DNA from: Malacoraja senta
Lineage: Eukaryota
NCBI GenBank assembly: GCA_038087875.1
Contig: CM075987.1
Coordinates: forward strand, 18,788,001-18,852,000
Direction: 5' to 3'
DNA length: 64,000 nucleotides
The position numbers and the translations under genes are program-made. The notes under the pieces were generated by a model. It saw only the letters and a program-made list of their open reading frames with translations, did no database searches and was not told where the DNA came from. The first letter of the stretch is position 1. Each line of letters starts with the position of its first letter. This document shows, one piece after another, positions 36,226-48,104 of this stretch.

Positions 36226-38579
36226 TTTTTTTTTTTTTAATTTTATTTTTTTATATATAAATTTTTTATTAGAAGCAAACATATTACAGTGTAGAGTAAC
36301 ATATTATAATAGAATAGAAGAAAAAACTTTTCATATACATCAATCATTCATACATTATTAAATTTGTCAATTGTCAGTTAATTCTGCTTCTAGTGTTTTT
36401 TTTATATAGATAGAAAAAGAAAAATAGAGAGAAAGAAGAGAAAGAAAGAAAAATGTCAATATCAAAAAAGAAAAAAAGGTGGAATGAATTACTTATAATA
36501 CGTCATAGGAGATAAGTTCGTATGTTATGAAATATAATTACATCTAATCCTTAGTTCAAGCTTGAGTCGGGCTTTTGCGCTGGGCCACTCTATCCCTTCA
36601 AATAGGCAATGAATGGAGCCCATATTTTAACAAAAAGTTCTTGCTTGTCCATTAAGACGAGTCTAATTCTTTCTAGATGTAGGGTCTCCGACATTTCCAC
36701 AATCCACATTTTAATTGTGGGGGTTGTAGGGCCTTTCCAGAATTTTAATATTAATTTTTTCCCTGTTATTATACTGTAGTCAAGAAAGTTTCTTTGGCTT
36801 GTTGTGAGTGTTAAACTTTGTTCTGAAATCCCAAGTATTATTAATTTTGAGTCTGGAGCTAGTTTGGTATTAACAACTTCGGAGATTATTTGAAAGATAT
36901 CAGTCCAGTAATTTTTAATTTTTATACAATTTGCAAAGGTATGTGTTAAATTGGCCTCTAGATGCAGGCATTTATCACATATAGGAGAAATATGTGGGAA
37001 AATTCTATTTAGTTTTATTTTGGAATAATGTAATCTGTGTAAGACTTTAAATTGTATTAAAGCATGTCTGGCATTTAACGAACATTGATGTATATGTTGT
37101 AAACTTTCGTCCCAAATATCTTTCGTAATAGGATAACCTAACTCATTTTCCCATTTATGTCTATATAGTTCCATCGGTGGTTCCTCATTATTTAAGAGAA
37201 TGTTATAAATATAAGCTATTAATTTCTCAGTGTTAGGATGCTTATTCAAACATTCATCAAGAATTTCTGGTTCCCTAGTCCTATAAACCTGTGTATTGGA
37301 TTTAACATAATCTCTAATTTGTAAATATCTGAAAAAGTTATTTGAGTGTAGTCCATGATTCTGTTGTAACTCTTGAAATGACAGAAAGATGCCTTCCCTA
37401 TAAAGATGTCCAATCCTTTTAATTCCATGATTTTTCCATTGTATAAAACCTCTATCCAATATGGATGGCTTGAATAGAGGATTATTTACAATGGGAAGAC
37501 ATAGTGGTATATTATTCAGTTTTAAAGCCTTTTTTAATTGTTTCCAAATTCGTATTCCACTATGTATTATAGGGTTTTCCTTATAGGTTTTTTTATGCAA
37601 TTTTGTGGTAGCAAATATAATCAAACCTATTTCAAAAGGTAAACAGTCTTCCTTTTCCATCCTTAACCATTCTGGTTGTTGGTCCATTTCTTCCAGCCAG
37701 AAATTCATGTTTTAATATGGACTGCCCAAAAATAAAATAAAAAATTTGGCAAAGCCAAACCTCCGTTGCTCTTTGACTTACATAAATGTTTTTTACTTAT
37801 TCTATGATTCTTATAATCCCAAATAAAGCTTGTAACAATGGAGTCGACTTTTAAAAAAAAGTTTTTTGGAATATATATCGGAATTAATTGAAAAAATATA
37901 GTAGTTGCGGTAAGAAAATCATTTTTATAGCATTAATTCTACCAAGCATTGAAATAGGAAGTGTTTTCCAGCACTGAATATGTTTGTGTAATTTTTTAAG
38001 TAAGGATGGAACATTTTGTTTAAATAAAGAGGTATATGCCTTAGTTACATAGATTCCTAAATATTTAAGTTTATCTTTAACTATTTTAAAAGGGGATTGT
38101 TGTATTGTATTTAAGTTGAATTTTGTTATTGGCATAATTTCACTTTTATTCCAATTAATCCTATATCCTGAGAACTGACCAAATTGTGTTATTAGATTTA
38201 ATAGATTTGGAATACTAGTTTCTAACTTTGTAATATATATTAATACATCATCTGCATATAAGGAAATTTTATTCCTTGTATCTCTAGTGTTGTATCCATG
38301 TATTCCTGGATGGTTTCTAACGCTTTCTGCTAACGGTTCAATTGCAAGAGCAAATAATAGTGGGGATAGTGAACATCCTTGTCTACAACCTCTGGAAAGA
38401 TTAAATTTGGCTGATAACATTTGATTTGTTAATATTCTAGCTGTTGGATTAGAGTATAACAATTTAACCCATGTGCAGAACTTCTCTCCCAATTGAAATT
38501 TTTTCATTACCGAAAATAAATATGTCTATTCTACCTGGTCAAATGCCTTTTCAGCATCTAACGAAATAATTGCTAGATC
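36226..38579 (-). mobile_element. L1/Tx1-clade LINE, 5'-truncated ORF2 (RT, C-terminal Cys motif) with poly(A) tail
   Basis: ISLDAEKAFDQVE* at the 5' end; RGCRQGCSLSPLLF…LYADD (37884-38507); CDKC…HTFANC (36590-37708); poly-T from 36226; inserted into a CR1 tail that resumes at 38580. Confidence 0.93.
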
Positions 38580-39129
38580 TTTTAAATGTTGTTATAATAT
38601 CTGCCTCAAATACATCCTCTGGCAGTTCGTTCCATGTCCCCAGCACCTTCTGAATAAAAAGGTTGCCCGTCAGATTCCTGAGGGATCCATTGAGTGTTGG
38701 CAACTTCCATCAGCAGTTTCGAAGAAAGAAATTGAGGGAGGTAAAGTAAGCTCGCATTTACTCTCTACTTTTTCCATATGATAGTTCTTTTTTAAATGAA
38801 GATTTGACAGACTGTGTATCGGGCGTCCACATATTGAGCTATAGTTCTGCGATAATCTTTCCAGGCCTTTGCGTTATTTTCCAGCAACAAAAATTGATGA
38901 TCCTCTTCAATAAATCACTGCTGGTCTTTCCCCCTTGCAAAGGTTTGACAGTGGAGGATTGACGACAGAAAGGGCAAACCCGTGTCAGTCTCTAATGAAA
39001 ACATCCCTGGTTTCAGGCACCAATACCAGCTGCCTGCTCGCGTAATCTATTGGCATATGAACAAGGCCACTCCAATCTTCCACAAGGTCATTAACAAGGA
39101 GGTGAAAATTACACACAGCCTGCCAGCTG

Positions 39130-39680
39130 TGCTCCCCTGATCTTTCCCTCCTCTCTGCACCAGACTCAGGAACAGCTTATTCCCCAGTTTTCAGATTCCT
39201 GTATGGTCCTCCCAGAAGCTAGGGTAATGTCCTGATTTTCCAACCTACCTTATTGCAGGCATTGGACTTTTCCCCCTCAGGAACTGTTATGCTACATTGC
39301 TGAGAAACTAAATTCTGCACTCTGGTAGAGTATTTTTCTCTTTGTACTTGTATATAACTTGAATGCATTTGTGTTTAGTATGATCTGATTTGTTTGGATG
39401 GCACACAAACAAAAGCTTTTCACTGTACTCCAGTACATGTGACAATTATAAACCCAAACTTCTGTGTAATATCTATACTTCATGTTCCTTCGGAAAAGCC
39501 ACCAACTTAATCAAAGGCTTGTCCCGCCGTAGTCATTCCTTCTTCTCCCTGCTCCTGTCTGGCAAAATATACAGAAGCTTGAAAGTGCGCACCACCAGGC
39601 TCAGGAACAGCTTCTTCCCATTACCAGGCTTCTGAACAGTCCGCCCATAAACTAGGGTACTGTCCAAATAATCTCTACCC
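39130..39680 (+). mobile_element. Two old Rex-like 3' fragments
   Basis: Peptide LLSGKIYRSLKVRTTRLRNSFFP and tail cactgtac…gtgacaatt. Confidence 0.65.
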
Positions 39681-40169
39681 CAATGGGACTGGAGAACATG
39701 CCCAGCCTAACCTACCTGGTGTGTCTTCCCTGCTCTTCATTTTTACAACTCTTAGTCTTTTGTCTCTGCTCTCACTCTCTAGCTGTTCCCATTCACTCAT
39801 TGACCAGATAACTTAGCTTACCATAAAACAAAGTGCTGGAAGAACTCAACAAGTCTGGCAGCATCTGTGGAGGGACAGTGACATTTCAGGTTGGGACCAT
39901 ACTTCAACCTGAAACATCACCTGTCCATTCCCTCCACCATTGCAGTAGATTCCAGGAGCCACAGTTCCATGCATCCCCAGCTTTGTTTACAGTTTATGCC
40001 AATGGTCATCTCAGTTTAACTCTATCAGAACCCCCCCCCCCCCCACCATCCCTGCAGTTTAAAAAACACCTCTAGTTTCCTTCCCAGCTACAACAGATGG
40101 TCTTTGACCCAGGACATCAGCCGTTTCCCTTCCAACACATCCATCCTGACCTAATGCTCCAAAAGGCAC

Positions 40170-40420
40170 AGGTCAGGCCGCATTTGGAGTATTGTCAGCA
40201 ATTTTAGGCAATTGTGGGCACCATATCTGAGGAAGGATGAGCTGGCTCTGGAGAGGGTCCAGAGGAGGTTTATAAGAATGATCTCAAGAATGAGTGGGTT
40301 AGCATATGATGAGTGGAGGAGGGTGAGTGGTTAGGAAGAGATATATTGGCTATGATTGAATGATGGAGTAGACTTGATGGGCCGAATGGCCCAATTTTTC
40401 TCCTAGCACTTATGACCTGC
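40170..40420 (+). mobile_element. CR1 fragment with internal deletion
   Basis: VRPHLGVL…LERVQRRF-like coding sequence joined to a 3' UTR. Confidence 0.65.
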
Positions 40421-40493
40421 CAAGTATTTCCAGTATTTTCTGCTTTTATTTCAGATTCCTAGCATCTGCTGTTTTTAAAATATAATTCAGCTA

Positions 40494-40787
40494 GGGGCAG
40501 CACAGTGCCACAGCGATAGAGTTGCTATCTTACAGCGCCAGAGACCCTGGTTCAATCCTGACTATGGGTGCTGTCTGTATGGAGTTTGTACGTTCTCCCT
40601 GTGACCGCGTGGGTTTTCTCCAGGTGCTCCGGTTTTCTCCCACACTCCAAAGACATGCAGTTTTGTAGGTTAATTGGTCTCTGTAAATTGTCCCTCGTGT
40701 GTCCTATGGAACTAGTGATTGTTGGTCAGCGTGGACTTGATGAGCCAAAGGGCCAGTTTCCACGCTGTATCTCTAAACTAAACTAAA
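40494..40787 (+). mobile_element. HE1-like V-SINE, full length
   Basis: tRNA head, V body, tail ctctaaactaaactaaa. Confidence 0.85.
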
Positions 40788-41894
40788 ATTCAAAAATGAC
40801 GTCTGCACTAATTTAACCAACATGTTTTCACTGCAGAGGATTTATTGAGCAAAATAGAGTGCTGGAGGAACTCAGTGGATCAGGCAGCATATTTGAATGA
40901 CATGGATAGACAATATTTTGGATCAGGACCCTTCTCCAGCACTTTGTGTTTTACACAAGATTCCAGCATCAATGGTCCCTCACGTCTCCAAGCCGCACTG
41001 GTCTCCATATCCCCATTGCCTACTAAACCCCATTGTGCATGATAAATCGCCACATGAGTGAATACCAGACAGTTGCAACAAATTCCCAACAGTAGCCATT
41101 AACAAACAAGTCAAGAAAAATAACTCTGTTTTCAACCCCATACAACTGGTGAGTAGAAATTTGAAGATACCATTGCATCGCAAGCAAGTGCCTTGCTCAA
41201 CATAATCTTTCCTATTTTTATCCCTCTCCAATTCTGCTGCTGGAACATCTCAATATATTGAAATACAGTAACTTCAAGAGTAGACCTTTAATTTTCTCAT
41301 AACCATATTCCTGACAACATACTCTGCCCGGCAGCTATGAATAATATCATTTATATGGTCAATAAATTTGTCAATATTAAGTGCTGGAGTATATTCATAC
41401 ATTTTATCAACAGTCACAAATTTGTTGGAGTTTTTCTCTTTAATTTTTTTCTGTTAATCTACATTTTCCGTTGGTGTCTGTGCTACAAACGTGGCTTTTA
41501 TTTTGCAACTATGATGCACTGGACACAATGTGGATTGAGGGCAGACTTTTGAAACAAGCCACATTTAAAATTTCGTTTAGAGATACAAGCCCTTTGGCCC
41601 ACCCAATTGAGAGGAAACAGGAGCACCTAGAGAAAAACCACGTGGTGACAAGGAGAACATGCAAACTCCACCCGGATAGCTGAGAGGCCAGTGTCCATTT
41701 GGTATCTATTAATCAATTGCACTAGAAGTGACCAATGTCAGCTGGAGAGATGTTCAGCAAATCTGGCAGTCAAGACAGTAATTTAGATGTTGTATTGCGG
41801 GTGAGATTTGGGAGGACTTGGAGGCGGTTGTAGTCAAATAGGCAGCAACATTCACTTTGAGACCCTAATGAAAGGCTAGTTGAATAAAGTAACA

Positions 41895-43450
41895 AGTTTA
41901 GTTCAGTTTAGTTTATTATTGTCATGTTTACCGAGGTACAGTTGACTATCCAGTCAGAGACTTTACACGTTTGCAATCAAACCATCCATTGTGTACAGAT
42001 AATGAGTACAAGATTTTGTGGAAGATAAAGTCCAATTAAAGATAGTCCAAAGCTCTCCAATGAGGTAGATGGGAGATCAGGACCATATTCTATCTGACAA
42101 GAGGACGGTTCAGTTGCAGGATAACTGCTGAGAAGGAACTGACTGCGAATCTGGAGGTACGAGTTCTGCACCTCTTGCCTGATGGGAGAGAGGAGAAGAG
42201 AGAGTGTCTGGGGTGAGACTCATCCTTGATTATGCTGTTGGCCTTGCCAAGGCAACATGAAGCGTAGGTGGAGTCTAAGGCAGGGAGGTTGGTTTTGCAT
42301 GATGGTCTGGGCCACTAGGGGTGCCATATGATGGCAGCCTCTGCCTACAGCCTGTCGGTTTTTCTATCTTTTTTTCTATTTATAGTTTGTTTAAAAGTAT
42401 GTTTTGGAGGATTCTTTTTGTATTTCTATGTGGGGGAGGGGGGTAGGGTAAGGGGGAAACTGTTTCCCAGTCACTTCCTGGCGAGGATGCGACTATTCTC
42501 CTCGTCGCGTCCTCGCCCCCCCCCCCCCTCGGGGCCTACCAACGGATTGGCGCGGCCTTTCCTGCCGGAGACCAGACCAGAGTTTCAGCAGCGGAGTGTT
42601 GGGCCTGCAGCTTCAACATCGTGGAGCTGTGGTTTGCGGAGCTCCCAGCCGCAGGCGGCACTGAACATCGCGGAGTCCTGGGATCGCTTTGCCGAGGGCC
42701 ACCAGTGTGAATCTCCGCCCAGCTCGACCTGTGGACTTCGGGAGCCGCGGTCTCCGGTAAGAAGTGGCTGATTCGGAGGTCCAAGCCGCTGAGAATGTTC
42801 TCCCCTTCCGACGTCGGAGTTCCATCATCCCGGCCTGAACATCGGGCCGCCCGTAGCAGCGACAGCGGGGGGGCTCGGGAGGCCCCCGATCACGGGTGAA
42901 CAACAGAGGATGATTGAACTTTGGTGCCTTCCCTCACAGTGGGAAACTTTGATTCCGCTGTGTGGGGACGTTTGTGTTAAAGACTATCGTGCTCTGTGTT
43001 TTTTTATTTTATTCGTATGGCTGTATTGTGACCACGAATTTCACTGAACCATTTGGTGCATGTGACAATAAATGTCTCTTGTCTTGTCTACAATTTCTTG
43101 CGGTCTTGGATGGAGCTGTTCCCAAACCAAGTTGTGATGCACCCTGATAAAATGCTTTCAACGGCATAACTGTAGAAGTTGGTGAGGGTTGTTGGGGACA
43201 TGCAGAACTTTCTAAGCCTTAAGGAAGTAAAGGTATTGGTGTTGTTTCTTGGCCATTGCTGCGATGTGGCTAGTCCAGGACAAATTGCAGGTGATATTTA
43301 TTCCTAAGGACTTGAAGCTTTTGACCATCTCTACTTCAGCACCATCAATGTACAACACCAGCAGGGTGTGTGTACTGCTTTGCTTTCTGAAGGTAATCAC
43401 AATCCCCTTTGTCTTGTTGTCATTGAGGGAGGAGTTGTCTTGGCCTCAGG
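41895..43450 (-). mobile_element. Old Rex-like LINE interrupted by the 42318-43088 element
   Basis: Peptide LYIDGAEVEMVKSFKSLGINITCNLSWTSH…LYFL (43212-43400); tail at about 41895-41940. Confidence 0.75.
42318..43088 (+). mobile_element. GC-rich non-autonomous retroelement with Rex-type tail (possibly full length)
   Basis: T-rich leader, GC-rich core, hairpin at 42929-42968, tail gtgacaataaatgtctcttgtcttgtc. Confidence 0.6.
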
Positions 43451-44325
43451 CTATGAGGTTCACAAGGTATCAGTTCACAAGGAATTGCAGATGCTGGAAT
43501 CTTGAATGAATGATCAAAATACATATTGTGCAAATAGTTTTTTTTTTTGCAAACAAAAAAAAACATACATTGTGTTCTGGCAGGGACAGTTTTGCATAAA
43601 TATCTGTTTGAATGATTAAAAAATCCAGCTTTTTTCATGGTTGACGTCATGAGAGAAGATTTGCACCTGTATTATGATTAGTAGTCAGTACAATTGGCAT
43701 CCAGCCTGTCACCACCCTGCAAATTATGAGGTGGTATTGAAATAAATAATGCAATGGATGTCAGAGTGGTTGGCCTGCTGTTAACCTCCCTCCACCAACA
43801 AGGATTAGAAGAAAAATGCAGAACAGTTCAGCACAGGAACAGACCCTTTGGCCCACAATATCAGTGCTGAACATGATGCCAAGTTAAACTAATCTCTGTG
43901 TGCATGTGATCCATATCGCTCCATTCTCATGTACCCATCTAAAATCTCTCAAATGCCACCATCATCTATGGCTCCACCACCAGTCCTGGCAGAGCATTCC
44001 AGGCACTCACCACTCTCTGGTTTAAAAAAAAAAAACATGCCCTGCACAGCACATCCCCTTTAAACTTTGCCTATCCAACCTTAAAAATATGCCCTCTAAT
44101 CTTTGACATTTGCACCCTGGAATAAAGGTTTTGATTGTCTAACCTAATTAGTTTAAAGTACATTTAAGATGTCTTTAATGGACATAAGCCCTTCGGCCTA
44201 CCGAGACCATGCTGACCACTGATTTACCCGTTCACACTAGTTCTGCAGATCGCATTTTCTTATCCACTCCCAACCAATCTGCAAACCAGCAGGAAAATTA
44301 TGCCTCATAATTTTATATGCTTCCT

Positions 44326-44637
44326 CCAGAACCAGGGGCCACAGTTTCCAGAACCAGGGGCCACAGTTTAAGAATAAGGAGTAAGCCATTTAGAACAGAG
44401 ACGAGGAAACACTTTTTCTCACAGAGAGTGGCGAGTCTGTGGAATTCTCTGCCTGGAGGCAGGTGCTCTGGATGCTTTCAAGAGAGAGCTAGATAGGGCT
44501 CTTAAAGATAGGGGATATGGGGAGAAGGTAGGAACGGGGTACTGATTGGGGATGATCAGCCATGATCACATTGAATGGCGGTGCTGGCTCGAAGGGCCGA
44601 ATGGCCTACTCCTGCACCTATTGTCTATTGTCTATTG
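44326..44637 (+). mobile_element. CR1 3' fragment with a 22-bp tandem duplication at its 5' junction
   Basis: ccagaaccaggggccacagttt twice; (CTATTGT)n tail; nested in an older minus-strand CR1 starting at about 43815. Confidence 0.8.
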
Positions 44638-44959
44638 AATCTCACCCCAACCTCTGGCGTTTGAGAAAATAACTCGCATAACGTTTCTTCCGTATTAGTT
44701 ATGTAATGTTTGAAGTACTTTCAACAAGAACAGAAACCTGCATTCCCACATTCTAGACCCAGCCCATTGAAGAATTGGCAGCTGTCTAGCTGGTTTCAAT
44801 TATACATTATTGCCACATGTATCTAAGTACCGTGAAATTCTTTGTTTTTGCATAAAAACAGAGCAGACTTCACCTAGGCAGTACTCAAAGAGTACAAAGT
44901 TTCAATAGTTCTTAGTACAGTCTTACTGCTCGCAGCAGCGAACCAAGCATGCTGCCACA

Positions 44960-45297
44960 CATAACGTGGATGTGGAATGGATGTTTCCACTGGTGGGACA
45001 GTCTAGGACCAGAGGTCATAACCTCAGAATTAAAGGGTGCTCTTTTAGAAAGGTGAAGAGGAACTTCTTTAGTCAGAGGTTAGATAATCTGTGGAACTCA
45101 TTGCCACAGCGGGATGTGGAGGCCGTCAGTGGATATTTTTAAGGCAGAGATAGACAAATTCTTGATTAGAACAGGTGTCAAGGGTTACAGGGAGAAGGCA
45201 AGGAAATGGGATTAGGAGGCAGAGATCAGCCATGATTGAATGGCAGAATAGACTCGATGGGCTGAGTGGCCTAATTCTACTCCTATAACTTGTGAAC
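44960..45297 (+). mobile_element. CR1 3' fragment
   Basis: RMFPLVG.SRTRGHNLRIKG…LWNSLP-like coding sequence and 3' UTR. Confidence 0.8.
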
Positions 45298-45565
45298 ATG
45301 GTCACAGGTGGCCCGCCGGGTCCCTCTTCTTTCTCATGGCTCCCGGTCGGGTCTCTCTTTCTTCTTGATAGCCACACACCAGTTTGCTCTCGGCAGCCCG
45401 CCTGCTGGCCGTTTGGCTCCGCAGCGCATTCCTAGAGCCTTCTGCCGCAGCACGGCACATCCACGGTCCACAATACGTTTAGCACAATCCATGTAGTTAC
45501 GTGGGTTTGCCAAATCCTTCCTCGAAGACCAAACTTAATCAATGTCTAGGAACCTTTAACTATCT

Positions 45566-46600
45566 TGGGGAACGGCTGGCAACCAGCAGCCGTCCGTTAA
45601 ATTCATTTTTTTAACTTAGTTTTTAGTTTTTCTTGTCTTAGTCTCTTGGGGAATTTTGACTTTTAATGTGGGGGGGGTTAGGGTAAACTATTTTCTAGGT
45701 CCCTACCTGGTCGGTGAGGCAGCTTTTTCTCCGGGCTGCCCCGTCGACGAGTCCTTGCGGCCTACCAGCTGGTATGGAGCGGCGTGGAGCGGCGTGGAGC
45801 GGTGTGGATCGGCATTTCCTGCGGGGACTGCCCAGCACCTGTTGTGTACCTGAGTAGCACAGCACCTTCAGCTTCGGTGGCGGCACAGCGCTGGAGCGCT
45901 ATCGCGGAGCAGAGCGGGCGATGCCTTGCCTGGGTCGCCGCGCTGGATTGACGCGCTGGAGCTCCGGTGAGCTGTGGCCGCCGAGCTCAACACCTCTGGG
46001 CTGCGGGACTGCGGAGCGGCCAGCCGCGGGCGGCGGCGCCGACTCTAACATCGGGAGCCTCGGAGCTCGAAATCGGCGCGGCCTTGTTGGCTTCAGGTGC
46101 CACGGACTCCGGTAGGAAATCGGCCGTTCCAGGTGGCCCAGCCGCTGCGAGGACTCTCCCGATGCCGGGGCAACAACACCCGGTGATAACGGCCAGGAAC
46201 ATCGGGCCTCCGTAGAGGCAACTGTGGAGGCCTCAATACGCCTGACTTTGGGTGAACTGGGGTTGGGGACTGGACATTGTGCCTTCCCCCACAGTGGTAA
46301 TCATTGTGGGGGGATGATTTTTGTCTGTAAATGATATTTTATTTTGTGTCCAAGATGGCTGCCGGAGGGGAGAGTGGACGCTGGCGGGCTTTAGCAGCCG
46401 CTGCTCTCTCTTCCATATTGTGTTTTTGATTTTTGTTTTTGGATTGAATTCTGGTTTTAATTTGTGTACTTGTGATGTCTTTACTATTTATTTCATTCCG
46501 CTTACATGTTTCTACACATTGTTAAACTTTGTAAGGTGTCCTTGAGACTTTTGAACGGCGCCCATAAATAAAATTTATTATTATTATTATTATTATTATT
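45566..46600 (+). mobile_element. GC-rich non-autonomous retroelement with L2-type tail
   Basis: Body homologous to 19680-20130; hairpin at 46284-46314; ends tgtaaggtgtccttgag…ggcgcccataaataaaattt(ATT)n. Confidence 0.6.
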
Positions 46601-46857
46601 ACTCTTGCTCCATACTCACCATTCGCGTGCGATGTGCAGTATCAAGTTTTGTTCGATTTTACAAAGTAATTCCCTTTAAAAACTTTAATTAACTTTCTAC
46701 TCTGAACGGGACGAGTTTCAACGCGGCAGTCGCACCTGCGCAGAGCGCTCCCACTTGCCGGGCCCGTCAGCCGCGCCTGCGCAGTTGGGGGGAGGGAATT
46801 TAAAATAACTGAACATCGAGGATCTCTGGCATCACAACGGGTCCACAGGTCGTCTAG
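46601..46857 (+). mobile_element. Possible non-autonomous Helitron 3' portion
   Basis: CpG-rich segment ending …caacgggtccacaggtcgtCTAG|T into AT-rich flank; subterminal hairpin is degenerate. Confidence 0.35.
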
Positions 46858-47967
46858 TATTTTATATTTCTTAGTTGATTGGTCACAGAATCAAAACATA
46901 GGGATTAATTGATGGAAAAAAATGATTGCTAATTATAACCTAATCTTTAATATGTGGACAGGTGCATTTTTGACCATCTTAAAGACTGTGAAGTAGACCA
47001 CTGTAAATGAAATAGTTTATCATCTCATAGTTTATTTTCCCCTTTACCTGTTCATTCTGAAGTACATAATCTTAATTCATACCCTTACACCAGACTGTTT
47101 CTGTGATACATCTCTTCTTGTTTGGACTGTTATGTCATTATTTGCTTTATTATGTCACTGTACCATTGCTAAACACTGCCGTTGCATTTAATCAACTCTT
47201 CCCGGCAAGTTGCTGTATGATCCTCATGAACAATAATTAAGGGGATGGGTCGAGGTGGGGGTAGGGTATGTGGTAAAACAACTTGCACATCCTTATTCTA
47301 CGGACCGGATGGACACAGGTTGAACCTCGGGCATGTGCAAGACCCATTAGTTGCTGGGACCTGCACAGAAGTGAACGAGTGCCATATCAATAACCAAACA
47401 ATCAACCATCCATTATTCTATCTGCAATTATGACACCGAGGCCACGGGGTCAAGGGTGCTATGAACTGTGGATTTATGTCCACTCTTGTGATTTTCACAA
47501 ATCTTGGTAACAAACATCACTGCAGGTGGTTAATAAGGAATTATCTCTGCTCAGATTGATCGCAAGCATTGACAGAGTGAGGGCTATTCTCTCGTTTGAA
47601 GCTTTCTCCAATGCATTGATCATGACTTGTGGCAGTCAGCTCTTTGCTATTATCCAGGGTCATTGGTCCTTCCTGGGAGACACTGCCAGATGTGGTGGCC
47701 TTCACTGTGCTCACAAATCTCCCACCCAGGTCTGCTGACACCATGATCTCAGGATAAACCCTGCCTTTCAATACCTTTAAGGAAAGCCTTATTCCAATCA
47801 TTGAAAAAGGCTGAGCTGCACTTTGCAATTGTTTGCCATTTAAGTGTTTATATTTAAGAATATCGGCAAAAGGTCATCCAATTCTCACCAAATTTATTCC
47901 TTTCTCAACATCCAAGCACACTATATTTCAGCAAAAATGACTCGTCTTTTTTCATCGTCCATCAAGA

Positions 47968-48022
47968 GGGGTAGGAGATTGCAACCTCCACGTTGGTCCG
48001 CCCTATTTCGACGAATGCAGTC
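47968..48022 (+). ncRNA. Degenerate minimal HDV-like ribozyme
   Basis: GGGGUAG-GA-GAUUGCA-ACC-UCCACGUU-GGU-CCGCCCU-A-UUUCGA-CGAA-UGCAGUC; canonical CGAA J4/2, but substitutions in P1 and P1.1. Confidence 0.55.
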
Positions 48023-48104
48023 AACCTGCATGCACAATCAAATAGACCAAATAGAACAAGTTGTCCTACAACTTTAGGCTGTGCATGCCATATGCAGAGA
48101 AGAA
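47968..48104 (+). mobile_element. HDV-ribozyme-headed short retroelement, copy D
   Basis: TSD gtccatcaaga at 47957-47967 and 48105-48115; GAA tail. Confidence 0.88.

Noticed and set aside
42328..42903. ORFs of 82-147 aa in the GC-rich element
   Set aside because: Not conserved in related copies at 5.4, 19.9 and 45.9 kb; low-complexity translation
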